Shown: positions 56,387-64,000 of the stretch, one piece after another
Layout: each line of letters starts with the position of its first letter
Position numbering within the stretch: position 1 is the first letter of the stretch
DNA from: an uncultured Nitrososphaerales archaeon
GTDB taxonomy: Archaea > Thermoproteota > Nitrososphaeria > Nitrososphaerales > Nitrososphaeraceae
Assembly: GCA_963695855.1 (NCBI GenBank)
Contig: CAVOHZ010000003.1
Span: 256,001-320,000 of the forward strand
DNA: 64,000 nt
Reading direction: 5' to 3'
Notes under the pieces: generated by a model
Database searches by the model: none
Seen by the model: only the letters and a program-made list of their open reading frames with translations
Told to the model about the DNA's origin: nothing
Translations under genes and position numbers: made by a program

Positions 56387-56663
56387 TCGTTTTTGAAAAT
56401 TAATAAATAATATCAAATTATAAATATGAGATTTTAAATAAAATTAAAAATTAGAACAAATTAGTCTATTTATAGAATAATTGAATACAATATACGGAAT
56501 AGTTTTTGAAACAGTTTAAATTTCCCTATCGATAATTGCTTACCACTACCAACTCAAATATTATCATATCATGGGTTTGAATGAATTGCTTTGCATAAAT
56601 TCTGTATTTCTAAAAAAAATGGTTATAAAAATAAGTGAAAGAAAATAGCGGAAAAGATTTTTG

Positions 56664-56972
56664 TCAAGTTATTCCTGTAAAACGTTCCTCTATCTCATTT
56701 AAACGAAAAGAATATCCATCTATTTTTCGGAGATCAGAAAAATCAGAATCTGTTTTTACCTTGTCAAAAAAAGAGAAAACTTCTTCATTCTTTACTCCAT
56801 GTTTCAAATCATATCTGATTCGATTACATACTTTGTTCACTCCACCGTATCTTTTGTGCAACATCCTCTGATATCGGGTTGGATTTTCAGGAAGGCCGGT
56901 TAAATATTTTACAATAGTATTTTGCATGTTTTTGACATGCCAATCACTCATTGGATATCGGTTTGGATTCAA
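56664..56972 (-). CDS. Hypothetical protein
   Basis: 102-aa ORF with protein-like composition. Confidence 0.7.
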   Translation of the reverse strand: MNPNRYPMSDWHVKNMQNTIVKYLTGLPENPTRYQRMLHKRYGGVNKVCNRIRYDLKHGVKNEEVFSFFDKVKTDSDFSDLRKIDGYSFRLNEIEERFTGIT

Positions 56973-57218
56973 AATGATCGTATTACTATATGATTAGGGC
57001 ATATATAATGAGACCTTTTTTCGTTTTATACGCCAAAAAAGATTTTGGAACAGATTCAGGCAAATAATCAATAAAAGAATTAACGTAAGTTGATAAAAAG
57101 CTAATTTTTTTCAAAAAATGTAATAGCTTTGAAGAAAATAGGAGTAGATTATTAATAACAGATATGGCATAATATTATCTATTTCCAGAGAGTAACCGGT
57201 TTTTTTAAAAAGTGAAGG

Positions 57219-57668
57219 TTGAAATATCTCAAATATTTATTATCATTAACTTTGAAAAATCTAAGTTTGAGAACAGAGTTCTTTGTTAGAAGTAATGAAG
57301 GATCATATGGCGGAGGAGGTTCCAACCGTAGTTATGGTAACCGCAGTTTTTCTCCATATAGAAGATATCCCCCTGCTCCAGTTGAAATAGATCAAGAGTA
57401 CGACGTAAAAATTGAAGCAATGAGTAGACAAGGCAATGCAGGCATTGCAAGAATCCAAGGTTTAGTTATTTTTGTAGATGGAACTAAAGTCGACGATAGT
57501 GTAAGAATAAAAATTAAAAAGATAGGTAGAGGACATGCTATAGGAGAAATAGTAAGTCCAGCATCAGAACAGAATACAGAAAGTCCAGCATCAGAACAGA
57601 ATACAGAAAGTCCAGCATCAGAACAGAATACAGAAAGTCCAGCATCAGAACAGAATACAGAACAATAA
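57219..57668 (+). CDS. TRAM-domain protein (archaeal RNA chaperone type) with repeat tail
   Basis: Gly-rich N-terminus; PAPVE...YDVKIE..SRQGNAGIARIQGLVIFVDGTKVDD.V.IKI. True start probably later than listed. Confidence 0.9.
   Translation: MKYLKYLLSLTLKNLSLRTEFFVRSNEGSYGGGGSNRSYGNRSFSPYRRYPPAPVEIDQEYDVKIEAMSRQGNAGIARIQGLVIFVDGTKVDDSVRIKIKKIGRGHAIGEIVSPASEQNTESPASEQNTESPASEQNTESPASEQNTEQ
57555..57662. repeat. 27-bp tandem repeat x4 (SPASEQNTE)
   Basis: agtccagcatcagaacagaatacagaa repeated four times. Confidence 0.95.
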
Positions 57669-57910
57669 GAAGGGTAAGATTTTTTCCTTTTATCCTATTA
57701 ATTCAATTTTTATTTTATTAGAAATATAAAGTGGAGAAACAAATAATAGATATCTAAATATCATGTGGTAACCATTCGAACATTCTTATTTCACAAATTA
57801 ATTAGTCTAGGGTACCTTCTAGAATTGGTTACCAGTTATAAGTACGATCGAATGTATTAAAAAGATGATATTTGGATTCTATACTTTCAATTTGCAGACA
57901 AGTGTAGATT

Positions 57911-57955
57911 ATATTGAAATATTGAAATATTGAAATATTGAAATATTGAAATATT
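57911..57955. repeat. Intergenic 8-bp tandem repeat x5 (atattgaa)
   Basis: Five perfect units plus a partial unit. Confidence 0.9.
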
Positions 57956-58104
57956 ATATTATTTAAATGCCATATTTAATCACACAAATACAAATTTAAA
58001 TTATTAAAATTTTACTTTTGACAAAGGTATATTCTATAAATATATGAGAATTTCAGAAGCTATCAAAGAGATGAGTTATATATGTTATTGTAGGTCTAGC
58101 AATC

Positions 58105-58344
58105 TTGGGTATGTTGGCAATAATATTATGGTTTACAAATATGCCTGAGACAATTGAAGATACCGATATTCAGATAATTATTGCATTAGGAATTGGATTA
58201 TTAATAATGGTACTAGACAAACGGCAAGATCTTCACTTTCATGAAATTATTCAAAACCAAAATAAAATGATATCAGAAATCCACGTCACAATGATGCAAG
58301 AAAAAGTAGTAGTCGAAGAAATTAGAAAAATTCTGGACAAATAA
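58105..58344 (+). CDS. Small membrane protein with C-terminal coiled coil
   Basis: Two hydrophobic segments. The probable N-terminus from the ATG at 58044 is out of frame across an AT dinucleotide run. Confidence 0.55.
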   Translation: MGMLAIILWFTNMPETIEDTDIQIIIALGIGLLIMVLDKRQDLHFHEIIQNQNKMISEIHVTMMQEKVVVEEIRKILDK

Positions 58345-58850
58345 AATCCTTCATGAGCTAGGAAAATAAAATAGTTCTATTGGATGCATTGATTTTTTAT
58401 AAATTGTTCCAATATCTTATCTTTTTTAATCCAAGTTTTCTTTTTGCTCTTTTTGTACATAGATTATATTCTTTTTTAGAAATAAAATTTATGCAACATA
58501 TAAATAAATGTCGTAAAATTCTACGTTTCTAATCATAATCAACATAAAGAAAACTAATTTGTTAGAATATCCAATGATCTGAATTGTATGTGCTGTTTTG
58601 TCTTTGAAATCTCTTTCAGATTGCTTGCAAAAGAACTGTTGGTATGACTGGCAGTTACTATCCTATTCTGCGTTATAAGACTGACAACTTCGACATATTA
58701 TATTCTTCCCTCTAACCTCTCGAACTATGCATGAACACCATCTTTCATCAGAAACAGATTAGGTTAAAATAAACATATCTAGAACGTGTCTAATATACCT
58801 TTAAGCATGACCGAAACATTCGTAAATAAGAGCGGGCACCATTTATTTAT

Positions 58851-59354
58851 TCATTCATATTGTTGCTGATTTTTTAGAGACGTTTGTAGCTTTGAGAGTG
58901 ATTTTCTACATTCTTTTTCCATTTCCTCTGGAGACATATCTATTTTATGAGTAGCTATCGACCAAATATGACCATAGGGGTCTTTTAGCTGTCCACATCT
59001 GTCCCCCCAAGGTGCGTCCATTACATGTACGATCTCCTGTGCACCTGCTAATAATGCCTGACTAAATACTTTATCTGCATCAAGAACGTAAACATATAAA
59101 GATACAGCACTTCCACCAATAGATAACGGAGAGTAACAGCCCATGTCAGGAAATTCGTCAGACAATATAATTATAGAATCACCAAGTTTTAACTCTGCAT
59201 ACATTATTCTTTTTCCATCCGGTGCATAATTTCTAAAGCTTTCAACCATATTGAACGCTCGTTTGTAGAATTCTATAGCTTCATTCCCATTTTTTACGAC
59301 CAAACATGGAGTTACTGTATGATAACCCTCTCGGATAGGGCTAACCTCTATCAT
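58851..59354 (-). CDS. VOC-family (PhnB/glyoxalase-like) protein
   Basis: GYHTVTPCLVV...AIEFYKRAF, AELKLGDS.I.LSDEFP, WGDR.GQLKDPYGH.W. Confidence 0.92.
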   Translation of the reverse strand: MIEVSPIREGYHTVTPCLVVKNGNEAIEFYKRAFNMVESFRNYAPDGKRIMYAELKLGDSIIILSDEFPDMGCYSPLSIGGSAVSLYVYVLDADKVFSQALLAGAQEIVHVMDAPWGDRCGQLKDPYGHIWSIATHKIDMSPEEMEKECRKSLSKLQTSLKNQQQYE

Positions 59355-60781
59355 CTTATAATATATAATAGCTAAAGTAATATTTAAGAGAATATACGAA
59401 TTGAAAGATAATTGTAATTAATAGTCGAGAGAGAGTATTACTGCTACACCCAAATAATAGAAATAATTTGTACCAACATAGCACTACATAGTTATAAAAA
59501 CAGGCAGAAGTGCGCGTTAAGTTTTATTCATCTTCTTATTGAAAATCTTTTTTTGGGACAACCTGAAAAAAATATTACTCAGATTACATTGAGATGTACT
59601 ATTTCTTAAATTGAGTGTCATTTATAAGAGATCTACTTAGTAGTTATTTCGGAAGTCAGATGATATTAATTATATTGATCTTCCTTAATATTTAGTAATT
59701 TTTATATTTGAACAACAAACTACAAATACAATTATGTTATTAAAACAAAGTTTCCATCAAAATATATTCAAAATCCCTTCAAATTAATCGTACCCATTAA
59801 AACTTAACCTTTCACTTGATGTTCAGATTATTGCAATAATTTACCTGTTATTGTATTATTAAAGGTAGCATCTTTCTATTACTGATTATCTTTCTGAGCA
59901 TCACTAAAAGTGATCGTGTGTCCATGAGTCGATCTGTGTAAAGTTGTTAAAACCAATAGATAAAAGTTATTTTGATTGATCTGTTTAACTATTAGTTCAT
60001 CGATATTACCTGTTCTGAATTTATATGAGAATTTGTTTTTACATTCCGAATCCTCACACTTCTTTATTTTCCGTTCTCCTTTTCACATCTTCTTTAACTT
60101 TCAAAGTTTTACCTTCAATTTCTAATGTTTTATTTTCATCATCTAAGGATACATTTTCAGATTTTCCTGAATCTCCTGATAAACGTAAAAAGACAATTCT
60201 GCTCCTCTGAAAGAGAAAGAGATATTGCAAAGTTAACTGCTTTGCAACATCCTTTCCATCATTAGTAATTAATGGTTTTTAAAGATGAAATACTAGCTCT
60301 TGAAATTGAACAACTTTTCAATTCATTAAAATCATCTACTTATTCTATTTCGGTGGTAACTCTCCCATCTGGATTTATAATAATACATCACCATACCTTA
60401 TATGTATAAAAAGAATAATGTAAAATTTATAATTAGTAATCCTGTGCATAAACAAATATATGCTTTTTCTAAAAAAAATAATGATTTAAAATTATTCAAC
60501 AAGGAACGATCCAAATATTCACATATGTCAATTATACAAAGTAATTGGATAATTCTGAAATCCTGATAAGACATATCACTAAAAGGAAGTGGAACATAAA
60601 ATAATTAAAGGCGATCGGCTTTTCAGTATCTTTTATTTTATAATCATTTTCTCGTTTTATATTTTATATTTATTTATAATTGTATTTTAATCTATATGTT
60701 ATTTTGTAACAAATAGTTGTCGTTACATATTAAAATCTTAAATGCTAAAAAAAGTATCTTGTTTGAAATTTTCAAAAAAAA

Positions 60782-62809
60782 TTATCCTGTGGTCGTTTCA
60801 ACATTATATTGATCAAATGTGAATTTTCTTTTTCGACCAAAAGGCTTGAAAGGATTTCCGTTACCATGATAAAATTTTGAAAAGAATTCAACATAAATCA
60901 ACCTAGCCCCCTGAATGCCTGGTTCGAATACACCAAGGATGATATTAAAAATGTGACCTATAAAGAAGATTGATATTCCTAGAATAACATGGGGAAGTGG
61001 GTTATCTATGGTTCTAAGAAAAATATGATCAATTACGTCAGCGAGTATAATTGACGCAAGCATTATTCCTACAATTCTAGTATAGGAAAGTATATGACTA
61101 ATTATGGAAGGTAATTCCATCAGAGCCCGAACACCTTCACCGTAAAACATCAATCCTAACCCCCCAAGTATCAGCGCAAAATAAACAGCTCCCGTGATAC
61201 TACCTGTTGGGCTTATATTTTGATGTGCTATGAGTGCCAATCCTAAAAGAGATATTCCCCAGCCAAACGCAAGCCATCCAATTTTGCCGATTGCATGTTT
61301 TTTCTGTCCTTCCCTTAGAGCATTTAGTATTCCCAGTACAAGCCCAAATGAAACCATACCCAGACCTATATACCCACTTATTAGCAATAATTTACGTAGT
61401 CCAAATGTACTAATCGGGTCGAGCAGCGCACCGTCAGGTGGCAAACTGAATCCAAATGTTTCATTTAGAAATGAGAACAGGTATTGATTTAAGTGAAATC
61501 CAAAATAAAGATTGAAACAGAATCCAAGTATAATTGTAAAAATACATCCAGGAATTATTGCCTTGGCTAGCTTCACCATTTGTGTAGGTCTTAAGATTGT
61601 CATTGCAAATTTCCGTAAAAATTTTGGCATTATAGTAAGATTACGCTTACCACCTTCTACCCTTCTTATGACCCATTTAGAGACAAGTAATATAACTATA
61701 CCGTATCCTACGTCACCTATCATCATACCATAAAAAAATGGAAAAATGAAGGCGAACATCACCGTTGGATCGAACTCTTTACCAGAAGGCAAAGAGTAAA
61801 ACCTAATAAATGATTGATAAACTTTCAATTTTTTTGGGGTGGCCTGAAGAGTTGGAGGATTCTCTTTACTCTCCAAATCACACAAAATTGTTCCCTCAGT
61901 ATGTTTTTTAAAAGCTGTTTTTAGGTTTTCTATTTTTGGCTTTGGGACCCATCCTTCCAACGCAAAAGCATCTTCTGTTACTCCTAGATGATCAATGATC
62001 TCTAGTTTTCTATTTTCTATCTCAAGTTGTTCTTCTGCACCCTTCAGAAATTTGTAATGCATTCTGGAAATTTCAGTCATCTGATTATCAATTTGATTTA
62101 ATTTTGATGATAGAGTATTGCTAATATTTTTCTGATTTTGAATAATAATTTCTGGTTTGCCTTTAAGTTTTGGAACGGCCTCTAAATTTACATTATGTGA
62201 ATTAACCGCTGATGCCAAGGAAGCCGATCTAAAGGTTGGAGTAGTAATAAGAACAAAATGTGTTATTTTGCCAGCCTCTTTAGGAATTATAATGATGTCC
62301 GGACTTTCAGATTGTAATTCCTTCCTAAATTCTGGAAATTTATCAGAGGCAACACGTCCAAAGTACGAACGGGCGAAGGATAGATTTAAAATATCGAAAT
62401 CTTCATGAAAGAAAGAAAACTCTTCAACCAGTTTGATATTGTTCTCTGCCTCTCTTTTCTGTGTAGTCAGATTATCCTTTTCCCTTTGCAGAGACGCAAT
62501 TTTACTATCAATATCAAGAGACTTTAATGTCGAAATCAATTCATTTAATGACAAAAATCCAGATTTCCCGACTATTTTTGTTGGTGGAAGAGAGCCAAGT
62601 AATCCTTTAATCCTCAGTAGTTGATCAGAAATTTCATTATGAAATTCACTTTCACGTTCTCTAGCAAGAAAGGATTCTGTTGTTTTTGAAAGAGGTTCGA
62701 GGTGTATTACATTCATTTCATGTAAGATTGTAAGAATTTGTTGTCTAAATTTTTTTAGCCCTACTATAGCTACTCGAACCATAGGAACTGGTTTAAGTAT
62801 CGTAGACAT
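60782..62809 (-). CDS. atpI: V/A-type ATP synthase subunit I
   Basis: PPT...YSLP...EFDPT, GMMIGDVGYG, SHILSYTRI (essential Arg), ARLIYVEFFSKFY.G.G.PFKPFG. Confidence 0.96.
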   Translation of the reverse strand: MSTILKPVPMVRVAIVGLKKFRQQILTILHEMNVIHLEPLSKTTESFLARERESEFHNEISDQLLRIKGLLGSLPPTKIVGKSGFLSLNELISTLKSLDIDSKIASLQREKDNLTTQKREAENNIKLVEEFSFFHEDFDILNLSFARSYFGRVASDKFPEFRKELQSESPDIIIIPKEAGKITHFVLITTPTFRSASLASAVNSHNVNLEAVPKLKGKPEIIIQNQKNISNTLSSKLNQIDNQMTEISRMHYKFLKGAEEQLEIENRKLEIIDHLGVTEDAFALEGWVPKPKIENLKTAFKKHTEGTILCDLESKENPPTLQATPKKLKVYQSFIRFYSLPSGKEFDPTVMFAFIFPFFYGMMIGDVGYGIVILLVSKWVIRRVEGGKRNLTIMPKFLRKFAMTILRPTQMVKLAKAIIPGCIFTIILGFCFNLYFGFHLNQYLFSFLNETFGFSLPPDGALLDPISTFGLRKLLLISGYIGLGMVSFGLVLGILNALREGQKKHAIGKIGWLAFGWGISLLGLALIAHQNISPTGSITGAVYFALILGGLGLMFYGEGVRALMELPSIISHILSYTRIVGIMLASIILADVIDHIFLRTIDNPLPHVILGISIFFIGHIFNIILGVFEPGIQGARLIYVEFFSKFYHGNGNPFKPFGRKRKFTFDQYNVETTTG

Positions 62810-62827
62810 GTTATTCTCTCATCCTAT

Positions 62828-63154
62828 TCACATCTTAGAAAGCAGGATTTCTATTATATTCATTATATTTTGTTTGTCAGAATTGAAAGAGATGGATTTG
62901 GATTTTTTTTCTGCATCCGCAAGAATCTGCTCAGCCTCTTTAGAAGCTTCCTGCTTAGCATGTTTAACACTTTCTTCAACCATTTTTTTTCCTTCTATTT
63001 TTGTTTCAGAGATAACGTTTTCTAGCTCGTCTTGTAAATTTTTAACATCTTGCTCAATAGAAACCCTATGTTTTTCAATTTCTACCTGTACTTGATCTTC
63101 CTTTTCTTTAATTCGCTTTAGTATAGATATATAATCTTGCGGAGAATCTGACAT
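62828..63154 (-). CDS. atpH: V/A-type ATP synthase subunit H (G-like peripheral stalk)
   Basis: Charged coiled coil (LKRIKEKE...EAEQILADAEK) located between subunits D and I. Confidence 0.8.
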   Translation of the reverse strand: MSDSPQDYISILKRIKEKEDQVQVEIEKHRVSIEQDVKNLQDELENVISETKIEGKKMVEESVKHAKQEASKEAEQILADAEKKSKSISFNSDKQNIMNIIEILLSKM

Positions 63155-63330
63155 ATTTTTAAGCTCCTAAAAATTGTTTACCTATAAAGAATAACAAAAC
63201 TGTTGTTCCTATGATATTTCCAATCTTAAAGGCTCTTCCAATGATATAAAATTTTTTTTGCTTGTCGTTTGCAAAATTTCCTTTAGTGTTATTATTTTTA
63301 TTATTGTCTTTATCCTTATTATTATAACTA

Positions 63331-63996
63331 TTATGCATGAATCTCTATTTCCTCCTTCTTTCGAATCATTTCTTCTCTTTCTCCCATTTTCCTCTTTACA
63401 GTTTTCAACATAATGAATGTATCCCGTTCGATCTCATCAAGTCTAAAAGTAATGAATTTCACTGCAGCTAACAGTCTAGGAATCAAGATATTTTCTATTG
63501 CATTATATTTGCGCTTTGTTCTCTCTATTTCATAAAGCAATTTCCTCAATGCAGTTTCTTTCTCTGCTACCTCTAAAACTATTTTATGAACCTTTTGGTA
63601 GGTTCTTAATGCTTCGTTGATAGATGCCGGGAGTTCAAGTAAATGTTCAGCAAGTAATTCTCTTTCCCCACCAGTAATTTTGGGGATGTGAACGCCCATT
63701 ATACTCTTTGATTCTATCTGTAAATTTCTCATTTGCGATATTTTCATCGCCTCATTTTCGAGTTGCATTGTACCAGCCAGCATCTCAGCCATTCTGATAC
63801 TTTCATAGCCTTTTATCAGTTCAGACTGTAAACTACCTCTTAAAGCCGCTGCAGTCTTGCTTGTATTAAAGAATTCAAGAATTAAAGCTTGACGTTTTAG
63901 TTTTAGGAGATTCAAGCCTTTCTTTGCAATCAAAATTCGACGTTTTGTACGTATATATTCAAGGCGAGTTGGTCTAATATCACTAGCGACGGCCAT
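63331..63996 (-). CDS. atpD: V/A-type ATP synthase subunit D
   Basis: RPTRLEY...KKGLNLLKLKRQAL, EIERTKRKYNAIENILIP, LDEIERD.F..LK. Confidence 0.96.
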   Translation of the reverse strand: MAVASDIRPTRLEYIRTKRRILIAKKGLNLLKLKRQALILEFFNTSKTAAALRGSLQSELIKGYESIRMAEMLAGTMQLENEAMKISQMRNLQIESKSIMGVHIPKITGGERELLAEHLLELPASINEALRTYQKVHKIVLEVAEKETALRKLLYEIERTKRKYNAIENILIPRLLAAVKFITFRLDEIERDTFIMLKTVKRKMGEREEMIRKKEEIEIHA

Positions 63997-64000
63997 TATT

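Noticed and set aside
59760-60300. Coding-like fragments, including ORF 60025-60210
   Set aside because: Fragmented and motif-free; the listed plus-strand ORF looks like an antisense shadow of a decayed gene.

Overview
AT-rich archaeal chromosomal DNA. Gene content and style point to an ammonia-oxidising archaeon of the Nitrososphaeraceae, most likely Ca. Nitrosocosmicus-like (inference from thiC, an F420-type PPOX oxidoreductase, a TRAM protein and an ATPase operon ending D-H-I). The window opens with a degenerate 4-repeat CRISPR-like mini-array, a tRNA 3' fragment and an IS6-type end. Next is a loose amino-acid catabolism region: proline dehydrogenase, a ureohydrolase lacking the usual catalytic His, P5C-type dehydrogenase, class III aminotransferase and acyl-CoA dehydrogenase. 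Several secreted proteins carry tandem repeats: a LamG-phosphoesterase split by frameshifts in a 54-bp repeat, an 821-aa Gln/Ser/Asp-rich 38-aa-repeat protein, and two RTX-repeat paralogs. There are also two CDF transporters, many decayed IS elements, a KaiC-like ATPase/class III cyclase fusion near a MinD/ParA ATPase, and the end of a V/A-type ATPase operon. The strongest structural find is a triple-nested mobile element (IS6 ends > IS110 > IS481) whose IS110 right end holds two parallel stem/internal-loop/hairpin modules with bridge-RNA architecture. Several genes are broken by single-base indels in homopolymers, so some pseudogene calls may be sequencing artefacts. All calls come from reading motifs by eye; no searches were run.
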